Source: Octopus sinensis
Taxonomy: Eukaryota
Length of the DNA: 42,274 bases
Assembly (NCBI RefSeq): GCF_006345805.1
Contig: NW_021835251.1
Location: 1 to 42,274 of the forward strand
Direction of reading: 5' to 3'
Position numbers and translations under genes: made by a program
The notes under the pieces: model-generated
The model's input: only the letters and a program-made list of their open reading frames with translations
What the model was told of the DNA's origin: nothing
Databases searched by the model: none
Shown here: piece after piece, positions 1-10,924 of the stretch
Numbering within the stretch: position 1 is the stretch's first letter
Layout of the letters: each line of letters opens with the position of its first letter

Positions 1-118
1 CCGAAAGGATGAAAGGCAAAGTCGACCTCGGGTAGAATTGAACTCAGAACATAAAGACAGACGAAATACCGTTAAGCATTTTGCCCGGAGTGCTAACGTT
101 TCAGTCAACTCGCAGCCA
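1..118 (-). mobile_element. tRNA-derived SINE family A (head plus Deu/Nin-like central motif), truncated by window edge
   Basis: The minus strand reads GGCTGCGAGTTGACTGAAACGTTAGCAC...GAGTTCAATTCTACC (A/B-box-like), then GGTCGACTTTGCCTTTCATCCTTTCGG. Homologous copies occur at 3053, 3361 and 19812. The domain name is from recall. Confidence 0.8.
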
Positions 119-770
119 AGAAATTGAAGTGAATGTGTTCACAGTATATGCACTCCTTTAATTTCAGGGATAGGGAAAACTCTACCTCCACGTCCCTTTT
201 TATTTGGCGACTCCGTGGTCGCCGGAACGATTTTGCCAACATCGTATGGATTGTCATTAAAAGAGTTCCTCTTTACTCACCTGTTCTTGCAATTCCCAAC
301 TCTGCATACACAGGAGATTGCAGCTATTAACAAGAAGAATGAACTATCCGATAATCCAGATATACAACCTTAGGCTTGCCTCTCCCATACTCAAGAGCAC
401 AGTAGTCGATCCCTGGTGCCTGTATTGACCACAGCACCATCCATACTGCTTCAACCTAACAAATTTAATCCAGCATCTATCGGGTTGTTTCTCACGGAAA
501 TGCTCCACGAACACTCAGAAAATGCAATGAACTGATGTCGCTAAATAAGCACTACCATAACCTCCAGACATTGTTGCGACAGCGGTCCGACTACATGGAC
601 AAAAATATGAGTTGATGTCGCTTCCAAACCAATAGCACCGCCGGGTCATAGTGCTAGTTTAATGTTAAATTGTTTTTGTTTGTAAGTTATAAAAACAAAC
701 ATTAGCATGCGTGCATGTATATGTATATAAAATGTATATGTAATAGTTATATATACTACATGCACAGAGA

Positions 771-826
771 TTGTATAAATATACGTATAAATGTTTATAT
801 ACATATATACATATAAATATATATGC

Positions 827-897
<71 letters not shown>

Positions 898-975
898 ATA
901 TAATATTTACATATATATATTCACACGCACATTATATGTATGTATATACATATATATACATATATATATATGACA
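771..975. repeat. (TA)n microsatellite tract; similar tracts at 1390-1575, 1790-1920, 5085-5130, 6265-6340, 16596-16625, 16918-16970, 21480-21630, 25865-26025, 34498-34572, 37870-37960, 39740-39860
   Basis: Directly visible dinucleotide runs. Confidence 0.95.
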
Positions 976-1458
976 AGTATCTTATCATATAGCAGGAAAT
1001 TATACCCACCTTATTGTGGATTAATCATGGATAGATTCATCGTCTGTGAGTATGAAATATCTCCTCATATCTCCGGTAATTTGCACCTACATTATGGATT
1101 GATTTACCTTCTCTGTGAAGCTAACAAGCTTTTTTAAAACTGTATAAGACTGTGCCACATTTGAGAACTTTGGAAGTCTGCTTACAACCTAAATTTACTT
1201 TTTATAGAACTATCTCCGATACTTCATGAGTGTAGCCTCACCCACTAGGATGCTTGGAGAACTCATATGTGTTTTGGCTGATGAGTACGGGACACTTGTA
1301 TTTGCTGCAATATTTGCAGCTTTTAATAAAGCTTGTCTTTGTATGAAACAATTGTACTGAAAAACTAATCCATTCTTGTTGCTTTTTTCTCGTATATATA
1401 TATACATATATATATACATATACATATATATATACATATATATAAATATACATATACG

Positions 1459-1490
<32 letters not shown>

Positions 1491-1532
1491 ATATATATAA
1501 TATATAATATGTATATATATATATATATATAT

Positions 1533-1576
<44 letters not shown>

Positions 1577-1846
1577 TATTTGTATTACTAATACACTTTG
1601 TTATTCATTAAAACATATGTGTGTGTGTATCTGCGCGCGCACACCCACACCCACACACGCCTAGACACACACACACACAGATTGATATATATACCAATGA
1701 GCGAGCACGTACACGTACACACGCTCACGCTCACGCATATCTGTATATAAATGTGTGCGTGTATGTGTGTATTTATATATATTATTATATATATATATAT
1801 ATATATATATACATTATATATATATGTATATATATATATATAAATA

Positions 1847-1885
<39 letters not shown>

Positions 1886-2028
1886 GTACATATGTATGTA
1901 TGTATGCATATGTATATATATCTATAAATGCATATACATTACACGTACTTGACGGTGTATGTACAAATATACGAATAAACATGCGTGTGTTGTGTGCATA
2001 TGTTTATCTGTTTATTTGCGTGTGTGTG

Positions 2029-2077
<49 letters not shown>

Positions 2078-2519
2078 GCGTGTGTTATGGCCTTTCTATT
2101 TTTCCTGGAAGCAAACTGAAGACATGACAGTGCAAGAATGCAGAGCGAAATTCTAGAAGAATGCCTGGCTGTTAGGAAAGCGTAAAACACATCGTCTGCG
2201 GGCAAACACCGGTAAGATGGTAAGATGTTAAGATGGCGCGCTATGTTACAGAGTAAAGGGAAGATTCTTGCCGCAGATAAATGGAGAACTGAGAGCTTGA
2301 GTTCTTGTGGTGGATGAGGAGACGATGCATGTGTTTTAGCTGTTGGATGGAGGATGTTGATGAAGAAAACGAAATGGATGGAGAAAGAATGTGGAGTGAA
2401 AACAAAAAGGGGGGAGTGAGTGAGAGAAGGTAAAGAAAGAAGGAAAGAGAAGCGGTATGAGGATTGAGGAGGATAATAGGAAGAAGAGGAGAGGAGATGG
2501 AGGAGAAGGAGGATGATAG

Positions 2520-2638
2520 CAGGAAGGGAAAAAGTATATGAAGAAAACGACGACGGTCATGGTGATGATAGCGATGATGATGGTCATGATGATGATGATG
2601 ATGATGATGATGATAATGAGAATGATAATTACGACAAC

Positions 2639-2680
<42 letters not shown>

Positions 2681-2835
2681 AATGATGATGATGATGGTGA
2701 TGAGAATGATAATCACGATGATGATGATGAGAATGATAATCACGATGATGATGATGATGTAATGATTACGAGTTTGATGTTGATGATGATGACGATGATG
2801 ATGATGATGATGATGATGACGATGATGACGATGTT
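2520..2835. repeat. (GAT)n trinucleotide microsatellite
   Basis: Directly visible; it generates the poly-D, poly-M and poly-I ORFs. Confidence 0.95.
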
Positions 2836-3052
2836 GATTAGGAAAAGAAAATCGATGTTGATTAGGAAAGGAAAGAAAGCACTAGATAATTCGGAAAAGA
2901 AGAAAAGGGGGATGCAGCAACATACATAAGATACGATGATAATTAATCTCAAAGAGAGACAAACCTCCAAAATTAAAAACAAAATTAAACAAATCTAAAT
3001 AAATAAATAACAAAATGTGAGATTAGAAAAAGGGAAATGATGAAAATATAAG

Positions 3053-3267
3053 AATGTTTTCTACTCTAGGTACCAGCCCTGAAATTTTTTGTGGGGAGGG
3101 GCCACTCGTTTAGATCGACCCCAGTACGCAACTAGTACTTAATTTATCGACCCCGAAAGAATGAAAAGCAAAGTTGACCACGGCGGAATTTGAACTCAGA
3201 ACGTAAAGACGAACGAAATACTGAGCATTTCGCCCTGCATGCTAACGATTCTGCCTGCTCACCGCCT
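3053..3267 (-). mobile_element. SINE family A, near full length
   Basis: Minus-strand head AGGCGGTGAGCAGGCAGAATCGTTAGCA..., B box GTTCAAATTCC, and central GCTTTTCATTCTTTCGGGGTCGATAAATTAAGTAC. Confidence 0.85.
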
Positions 3268-3271
3268 TTGC

Positions 3272-3342
<71 letters not shown>

Positions 3343-3360
3343 TAATAATAATAATAATAA

Positions 3361-3527
3361 AACATTTCTACTAACGGTTCAAGGCCTGAAAATTGTGGGG
3401 AGGGGACTAGTCGGTTACATCCACCCCAGTGTTTCACTGGTACTTAATTTATCGATTCCGAAAGGATGAAAAGCAAAGTCGATCTCGGCGGAATTTGAAC
3501 TCAGAACGTGAAGACGGACGAAATCCC
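3361..3527 (-). mobile_element. SINE family A, 5'-truncated, with (TTA)n tail at 3271-3360
   Basis: Aligns by eye with the copy at 3053-3267. Confidence 0.8.
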
Positions 3528-3731
3528 GGTCGCGAATTTTTTTTTTCCTACGAGAATTCCGGACTCCAGTAACGAACTCATTTGCGTACAGCCAATCAAA
3601 ACTCACCTTGACCTTGTTGTCAAATTAACAAACACACTCTACCAAGTAAACTCAAGACGAAGAACGGTGTTGTAAATCGACCGATCGCCAAGACTCCGGT
3701 GCAGTTTTACCTACACTGAGTTACGAAGGGG

Positions 3732-3791
<60 letters not shown>

Positions 3792-3796
3792 TAATA

Positions 3797-4344
3797 GATG
3801 CAGTACCAGGCAGTGGCTCTCATGGCTTCTGATCTTAACTGATTGGAAGTGTTATCATGTACATTGTTTTGTCTTGGTATAAAAGATGGGCTACGGCAAA
3901 TATTCTGCTCAATACCACAGATTTGCTTGTCAGTTGTTTGACCTTAACCAGTTGAGCATGTCCCTTAGTGGCTGACGATATGTGCATCTCTGATCACGAG
4001 CAGAAGTAGTGGGGAGCATCATAGCCATGTGTTGAGAGGGATTCTTTGGGGTTTGAATAGTTCACCTCTGGAAACATGGGTGGTTCTTTCAACATCCTTA
4101 AACAACCCTTATTCAGGGACCTTTTGAGCGGGATGGGCTACTCAACCTGAAGAAAATTCTAACTGGGCCCCACCTGCAAGGTCATGTGCTGTTTATCTTG
4201 ATATGAGATCACCATGTCGCGCACATATGGTTGTGATGCATGTGCCTGGTGTACCTTTATCAGACGGGTAGTCATGATGGGTATATTGGGCTTCGTATAT
4301 TTTACCCCAGTGTCACTTTGATGGCATGAACTGCTCTCTCACTC
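3797..4344 (+). mobile_element. About 550-bp non-coding dispersed repeat (SINE-like or LINE 3' UTR), embedded in (AAT)n; orientation inferred from the (AAT)n tail
   Basis: Clearly homologous to 27047-27552 in the opposite orientation. Both copies are flanked on both sides by AAT/ATT arrays. Confidence 0.75.
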
Positions 4345-4420
4345 AATAATAATAATAATAATATAATAATAATAATAATAATCATAATAATAATAATAAT
4401 GATAATATAATGCTAATAAT

Positions 4421-4778
4421 GCTGGATCATAGACGTAGCATGCCCATCTGACAACAAGGTATGCGATAGGGAAAAAAAGAAAAGTCAAGAGATATGACAG
4501 GTTAGCTTGGGAAGTTAAGTAGTTGTGGTTGATGAAAAAAGGTGGCAGTAATACCAATAATTGTCGGAGCCCTGGGAACTGAGCAAAAATCCCGAGAAGT
4601 ACGTGGAACAAACAGGGGCTGCAATAAGGGTGGAACACTTGCAGAAAACAGCACTGCTTGGAACCGCTCGAATACTCCGAAAGGTGCTCGAAGAATAAGA
4701 GGTGTTTCCTTAGTTCGCTGGTAGTGAACAGCTGACATTGTAGTACATCTCCAGCATTAGAAGCTGTGCAAAGGCAAT
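4421..4778 (+). mobile_element. 3' remnant of an REL-endonuclease non-LTR retrotransposon (R4/Dong-like)
   Basis: Frameshifted translation WIIDVACPSDNKVCDREK..RYDRLAWEVK*LWLMKKVAVIPIIVGALGT..KNPEKYVEQTGAAIRVEHLQKTALLGTARILRKVLEE* (stop 4696-4698) matches the C-terminal REL motif as I recall it. It is followed by about 80 nt of 3' UTR and an ATT array. Confidence 0.85.
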
Positions 4779-5087
4779 TATTATTATTATTATTATTATT
4801 ATCATCATCATTGTTATCTTGAGTGAGTGAATCATGCAGAAAAGGAATCAATAAAAGTAAGATAATATATATTTCTAACAGGAGCCGATGAGAGGTTTAG
4901 AAAGTGATCTGCTTGTACAAGCTGCATATGTTCTTTGCTACGAGAGATTGCACGCACCGTTAAGTGACAATCATTTCTGTTACATAGAATATTTTCAATG
5001 AAGCTATCACCATCTACAACGCGTAATCACCTTGTTGTTTCTTAGTTTCACGATATATATATATATTCGCGAATCTTTTCTCACTTC

Positions 5088-5199
<112 letters not shown>

Positions 5200-5644
5200 T
5201 GAGAGAGAGAGAGGACACAGCTAGGATATTTTTTACCTGCCTACAGTATACATATATACATACATACATACATACAATAGATTCTGAGGCACGATTGGCT
5301 TAAATGTCTCTCCACATCAGACATTGACATGAAACACAAATATTTCATGTCTATAATACAAGCAATATGTGACAAATCTGCCCCATTGTGCACAGCCAAC
5401 ATAAACAAAAATGGGAAAGGAAGATTCGACGACGGACAATGATCGCAAACCGCCTGAGGAAGCACCCGAAAAGTGGCCGCGAGTCTCGCCTGGAGAGAAC
5501 ACTATTGGAGATTGAGATTGGAAAGATGAAGAGACAGAAATACTTAGCAAGAGTGATGATCTGGTGGCGAGGTTAAAAAGAGGCTGATAGAGCTGGACAG
5601 AGGTGGTAGTGAGAAAGTGCGAGGAGGGAGAGAAAGAAAGGGAA

Positions 5645-5646
5645 AG

Positions 5647-5723
<77 letters not shown>

Positions 5724-5755
5724 CAGAGAGAGAGAGAAAGCGAGAGAGAGAGAGT
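5645..5755. repeat. (GATA)n/(GA)n microsatellite
   Basis: Directly visible. Confidence 0.95.
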
Positions 5756-6286
5756 GGGGGAGATAGCGTTTGTATTGTCATCATCACACAAACAGCTGAA
5801 CAAATGAGCTTTGTTACTGAAAATTATAGTGATGATGATGATAGTGGTGGTGGTAGTGGTGGTAGTGGTAGGGCTGGTGTGTTGATAGTGAAAAGCTATT
5901 TTTATTGAACTTTTTATTGAAAAGTTATTTTTATTGAACTAATATTTTTTATAGCAATCAGTATAACGCATGTCCATAAGTGCAATTGTTTATCGTCTGA
6001 TCGCTTAAAAAGTTTATATTTGTTTATAAGGTTTGATTCACAAGATACAGGATTGCAAGAAGCTGCCTGAGAAAGGATGCGCAGATGTAGAGCACGGATC
6101 ATAGAGAAACAGCGAGAAGATGAAATAAAAAGAAAAAAAAGACGACACTGACAGACAAGGGAGAAAAATGAATGTGGACGAACATCAAGTATATTCGAAG
6201 AAAGCTAAACTATGAATGCTATAAGAATGCAAATCATAATTTCTGTCTTACACGGATCCTACTAGTATATATATATATATATATAG

Positions 6287-6341
<55 letters not shown>

Positions 6342-6374
6342 TTTATTTAAAGCAGCAGAAAATTCAACAAAACC

Positions 6375-6409
6375 TGTTACTCTGAGTTTCCCGTTGCCGT
6401 TCGTCGGAC

Positions 6410-6410
<1 letters not shown>
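6375..6410 (-). ncRNA. Degenerate minimal type I hammerhead-like motif
   Basis: The minus strand reads UGU-CCGACGA-ACGGCAACGG-GAAA-CUCAGAG-UA-ACA. The topology is right, but the core has U4C, helix II is weak and helix I is only 3 bp. Confidence 0.3.
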
Positions 6411-6444
<34 letters not shown>

Positions 6445-6445
<1 letters not shown>

Positions 6446-6838
6446 CTTATATATAAAAGTGAAGTTGTGTGTCTGTCTCCTACGATTTAGATTCCTAACT
6501 ACTCCCACAATTTGTGGTGCAGTGTAACCAAAAGCGGGTATCTTATAGTCGGGATTCATATCGAGCCCTTCTGGGTATTAGCGCGCGTCTACGATGAGTC
6601 TACGATTTTAAAAATAATTTACCATATTTTTTTTCCATTTTAATGCATTTTTTCGCTATTATATAAGGGAAGTAATTCTCTAAAAATGTCTACGATGACA
6701 CAACGATTTAAAAAAATTTACCATAATTTTTTTTCCATTTTTAATGCATTTTTTGCTATTTTTTGGCTATAACTCTCTAAAAATGCTTATATAGTTATTT
6801 CCCTTACAAACTCGAGCAACGCCGGGCGATACTGCTAG
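6445..6838 (+). mobile_element. Non-autonomous Helitron
   Basis: 5' TC and 3' CTAG lie between A and T, with a subterminal hairpin CTCGAGCAACGCCGGG. It has an internal direct repeat of about 101-bp period (6587 and 6688). The 3' end is shared with 14506-14897. Confidence 0.8.
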
Positions 6839-7389
6839 TATATATATATACTAGAAACAGGTTTCAAAGAAAATAGACTACACGTGGTATAAATAGGGGA
6901 ATAATAAAAAGAAACAAAGAAAATGCACACTAGGTATAAAAGTAATGCCTTTTTTTATAAAAACAAAGATATATACATACAAATAAATGTTTTGAGGTGG
7001 GATTAAGAAGTATAAAAATCATTATCATGAGTCAATATAAAAAGTCATACCGGTTTCGTCATCGCTGTTCACTGGCTTTGAATATATACTGAATATGTGT
7101 TGAATATATATTGTTAGTAAGGAATATTTGTAGTCGCATCTGTAGTGGTTGCATTTCGTAGTTAATTGAATATTGCTCCAATGCGTGTACAAGAACAATA
7201 GTGAATGGCGACGGGTATTCCCTAACCGTTAGTGACATACTAATAATATTCGATTTTGCATGATGCATGATGCATGTCTGCGGTGGCGTTTTACTTACAA
7301 TTAACTCTCGGCTCGAAAAGCGATGCCAGTGACTGAATTCACGATAAGATAAAATATACAACAAACAAATGAAATAATTCTGGTAAGCG

Positions 7390-7780
7390 TAGACATTGCT
7401 GTGTGCTTAAGAAGTCTTCTTTGTAATTATGTAATATGGGTTCAATCCCAGTGCACAGAATCTTATGCAAATGTCTTCTACTGCAGCTATGGGCCAATCA
7501 AAGCCTTGTGAACGAATTTGGTAGAAGGAAACTATGTGAAGTCCGTCTTATATACGTATATATGTGAATGTGTATTTGTCTCTTTATTGTATTTTTCAAC
7601 ACTCCATCGCTTGACAACGAGTGTTGGTGTGCTTTACGTCTCCGTAACTTAGTGGCTCGGCAAACGAAACCGATAGAATATGTACCAGGCTTAAAAGAAA
7701 AAATAAGCACTAGGCGAATCTTTAAAGCGGTGCTCAAGCATGGTCGCAGTTTAGTGATTGAAACAAGTAAAATATAAAAG
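7390..7780 (+). mobile_element. tRNA-derived SINE family B (CORE-like, OR2-like), full length, diverged
   Basis: B box GGTTCAATCCC, CORE-like segment, internal TA/TG microsatellite and tail ending GAAACAAGTAAAA. Aligns with 41138-41595. Confidence 0.75.
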
Positions 7781-7987
7781 ATTCGTAATTTTAATAATTT
7801 TATAAACTTCATTAAGCTCCATAATGCCAGTTAATATATATATATTATTTCTATTCTGAATTAATTCAGCTATTAATGATCCTTCATGATTTTACCCTCA
7901 TAATAACCGTACTTCAAAAAAAGGTTCATGATTCCTACAGTTCATTTCCGGAGCTAAAAACACACATTAATTACGACAGTTAATTAT

Positions 7988-8150
7988 GGTAGCCAGTTGG
8001 TGGAACCGTAACCGATCCCAGAGAAAATTCTTTGGGGTATCTGCTTTATTATTTTTTTTTTAATTTCGTTTGCCTCATTACGTTCGGAGTTCAAATTCTC
8101 CCGAGATCAAATTTGCTTTTAATTCCTTTGAAATCGGTAAAATAGCTACC
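7988..8150 (+). mobile_element. SINE family A, degenerate
   Basis: GAGTTCAAATTCTCCCGAGATCAAATTTGCTTTTAATTCC resembles the family A B box and central motif. Confidence 0.55.
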
Positions 8151-8789
8151 TGTGGAGTATTGCGCGGTCTATGTAACCGACTTCCTCTAACTTCAAAATT
8201 TATATATATATATATATATATATACATGCACACACACACACACATTCCCTCACACACAGTCACACACACTCACACACACACACACATACACACACACACA
8301 CACACACATACATATATATATATGAAAAGGTGTTGCCGTTGAATTTCCTTAATGGATTGTACATTAACAATGTGAAGCAGTATCCTTTGAAACGATCGTA
8401 GAGACGGGCTTAAATGGACTCTGTTCTGGTTTCCTTATACTTTATTTTTTATATTTATATTTATATTATTTTCGCCCCATTGCCTTAAATTTTTAGTCGC
8501 CTTTATTATGCACGGATTTATTCCATACATTTGTCCTCATTCGACTTCGCTCGCATTACCCTTTTAGGTTTTATCCCCTTTTATTCGTGTATATGTGTAT
8601 ATTTTATACTGTTGGGTTTTACCATTGGGTGCCGTATTGTTTTAATATATATTTGTATTCGATTTTTGATAATTTGGGAATGATATAAAGTTGGTTTGCC
8701 CGATTTGAATGTATATTCATTATACCTTTCAATTTATTTCTCCTTTCACCTGGATTCCACCTGAGCACTTCCAGCTGCAGTCCTATATA

Positions 8790-9614
8790 CGAGGTCTGAT
8801 CAATAAGTATCCAGACCGTTTCCATAGTAACGAAGCTAAAGCACACAGAGTAAAGCCACTTGTCACTAATTGACCTTAAACTCTGCTGTGCACACGCACA
8901 AATTTTTAACGTTTTAGCTCACTTCCGCTGTTTGCAGTAGTGCTTGGAAGGAAGGTGTGTAGCGTGTGATCATCACATTGACCATGATAGAGAAAGGTGT
9001 CATAGCGATCACTGCTCGGAGGCCTACATTCTCTTATAGAATAGAGAGAAGTGTATGAGCCTTACACAAGTGTTAAAGTGGTTCAGATGTTTCCAAGATG
9101 GCCGAAAAATGTCGATACTGACGAACGTTTTGGGAGACCCGCAACCAGCAGAACTGAGAAAAACATCGCAGTTGTGCAGTTGTGAGAGGAAATCATCGAA
9201 TCACAATCCATGAGTTATCAGATGTGCAGATTATCATTGATGATTTGGGTATGAGACACATGCCTGCCATGTTTGAACCAAAACTGCTTTCAGCTGACCA
9301 AAAAGACATTTAGGTTTCAGTTGCACAAGATCTCCTTGGTTGTGTCTGGAACGATGGAAACTTTTTGAAAAATTTGCATAGGCTTCTCAGCAGGTATCGC
9401 CAAGCTTCTGGCAATATTTGATGCAGATTCTCTGCTCAACTCTTTCTGCCATGGTCAATGCGACGATCACATGCTACACACCTTCCTTCGAAGCACTGCT
9501 GTAAACACCAGAAGTGAGCTAGAAGTTTAAAGCTTGTGCGCATACATAGCAGAGTTCAAGATCAATCTGTGCCATGCGGCATCATTAGTCCGGATACTTA
9601 TTGATCAGATTACG
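8790..9614 (+). mobile_element. Non-autonomous mariner derivative made of two inverted 5' ends
   Basis: TA TSD and TIR CGAGGTCTGATCAATAAGTATCC. The plus strand has a decayed transposase N-terminal half (CMSLTQVLKWFRCFQDGRK..DERFGRPATSRTEKNI..DLGMRHMPAMFEPKLLSADQK..VAQDLL). The minus strand from about 9455 reads MAERVEQRICIKYCQKLGDTC*EAYA. Confidence 0.9.
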
Positions 9615-9651
9615 TATACGTGCATATATATATATATATATATATGTGCAT

Positions 9652-9850
9652 ATCCATTTGCTTGTTTTAGCCAGTAAACTGCGGCCATACGGGAGCGCCA
9701 CCATGACGAATTTCAATCGAAGGAATCGGCCTTAATATTTATGTTTTAAAGACTGGTACTTAACTGAACCGCTAAGTTACAGGAATGTAAACACGTCAAC
9801 ACCGTTTGTCAAACAGTTATTGGGGACAAACAAAGACCACAATCACACAC
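9652..9850 (-). mobile_element. SINE family B tail half (head half at 10664-10820), split by an insertion in its internal microsatellite
   Basis: Homologous to the 41138-41345 tail; the matching head continues after 10664. Confidence 0.7.
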
Positions 9851-9899
9851 GCACGCACGCACGCACGCACGCACATACACACACACATAGATGTGTACA

Positions 9900-9940
<41 letters not shown>

Positions 9941-10087
9941 GAAAGAGAGAGAGAAAGATAGATAATTTACAAGATAAGGGCAGAAGAAAAATTCTAATGC
10001 CAGATACGCCGAAACAAAAAATTGTCGATAACCATTAAATTTATGTGTCTCGAAACAAACCGATAGAAATCTCTAAAAAATTCGTTA

Positions 10088-10148
10088 TTACCGTATTGGT
10101 CTAATTTCGGGGTTAATTCACAAGAAATTTTCCCCTCTTCAGCGGCAA
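10088..10148 (-). ncRNA. Type I hammerhead ribozyme motif, mirror copy (one mismatch in helix III)
   Basis: Reverse-complement copy of 10355-10415; helix III reads AUUAGACCAAU. Confidence 0.6.
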
Positions 10149-10354
10149 ATACGCGAGATATAAATGAAATACTTACTCATACCCATGGAAGAAGCAAGCA
10201 CCAAGTCCCGAGCAGACTTAAGTACCCCAAATATATCCAAAATAGAAAAATCTTCGGCGCACCCCGAGACACCTGGGGTACTTAAGTCTGCTCGGGACTT
10301 GGTGCTTGCTTCTTCCATGGGTATGAGTAAGTATTTCATTTATATCTCGCGTAT

Positions 10355-10415
10355 TTGCCGCTGAAGAGGGGAGAATTTCTTGTGAATTAACCCCGAAATT
10401 GGACCAATACGGTAA
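10355..10415 (+). ncRNA. Type I hammerhead ribozyme with palindromic helix III; predicted cleavage after AUA (A10409)
   Basis: Helix I UUGCCG(10355-60)/CGGUAA(10410-15); core CUGAAGA 10361-67; helix II GGGG/CCCC (10368-71/10391-94), extended by AAUUU/GAAUU; GAAA 10395-98; helix III A-UUGG-A-CCAA-U; H17 is A. All conserved core positions are present. Confidence 0.75.
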
Positions 10416-10663
10416 TAACGAATTTTTTAGAGATTTCTATCGGTTTGTTTCGAGACACATAAATTTAATGGTTATCGACAATTTTTTGTTTCGGCGTATC
10501 TGGCATTAGAATTTTTCTTCTGCCCTTATCTTGTAAATTATGTATAAATTTTACCTTTAAAGGCATTTTTTGATATGCTGGCCATTGATAAAAATTTTTT
10601 CCCGAAAAATTTTTTATCCTATATCAATTATATATATATATATAGATAGATAGATAGATAGAT

Positions 10664-10820
10664 ACGACTGGCTTCTTTCAGTCTCCGTCTTTCAAATCCA
10701 CTCACAAGGCTTTGGTTGGCCCGAGGCTATAGTGGAAGACTCTTGCCCAAGGTGCGACGCAGTGGGACTGAACCTGGAACCATGTGGTAGGAAAGCAAAC
10801 TTCTTACCACAAAGCCACTT
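10664..10820 (-). mobile_element. SINE family B head half
   Basis: Minus strand AAGTGGCTTTGTGGTAAGAAG...GGTTCAGTCCCACTGCGTCGCACCTTGGGCAAGAGTCTT. Confidence 0.85.
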
Positions 10821-10924
10821 CGTGTGTCAAAATTAGAGACAATTAATTTTTACAGTTAATGAACTTTTCATTCATATGGCTTCATAATTTCTCTAATTAT
10901 AGAACTCCATGGTTTCAAACTATC

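Larger units (their letters stand above)
9962..10541. repeat. Near-perfect long inverted repeat: 268-bp arms (9962-10229 and 10274-10541), 44-bp spacer, 2 mismatches
   Basis: Base-by-base comparison of the arms. The only mismatches are T10102/G10401 and T10130/G10373. Confidence 0.98.

Noticed and set aside
133-645. Possible RT or piggyBac remnant on minus (EHFREKQPDRCWIKF)
   Set aside because: Only vague similarity and many stops; it cannot be assigned without a profile search.
3528-3730. Promoter-like segment with AGCCAATCA
   Set aside because: A single CCAAT box with no downstream gene or other support.
5411-5515. Short ORF MGKEDSTTDNDRKPPEEAPEKWPRVSPGENTIGD with a good start context
   Set aside because: Only 34 codons, no splice donor and no recognisable homology.
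6587-6760. CRISPR-like or satellite array
   Set aside because: Only two approximately 100-bp direct units inside a Helitron; the DNA is eukaryotic and there are no spacers or cas genes.
8381-8405. GAAACGATCGTA palindromic helix III-like motif
   Set aside because: No CUGANGA core upstream.
10139-10364. Twin 66-aa ORFs MKYLLIPMEE... on opposite strands
   Set aside because: An automatic consequence of the palindrome; no recognisable protein.
10553-10563. CCT-TTAA-AGG as a Kolobok/piggyBac-type terminus for the palindrome
   Set aside because: There is no matching TTAA end on the left, and the internal hammerheads favour a retroelement origin. Not fully excluded.
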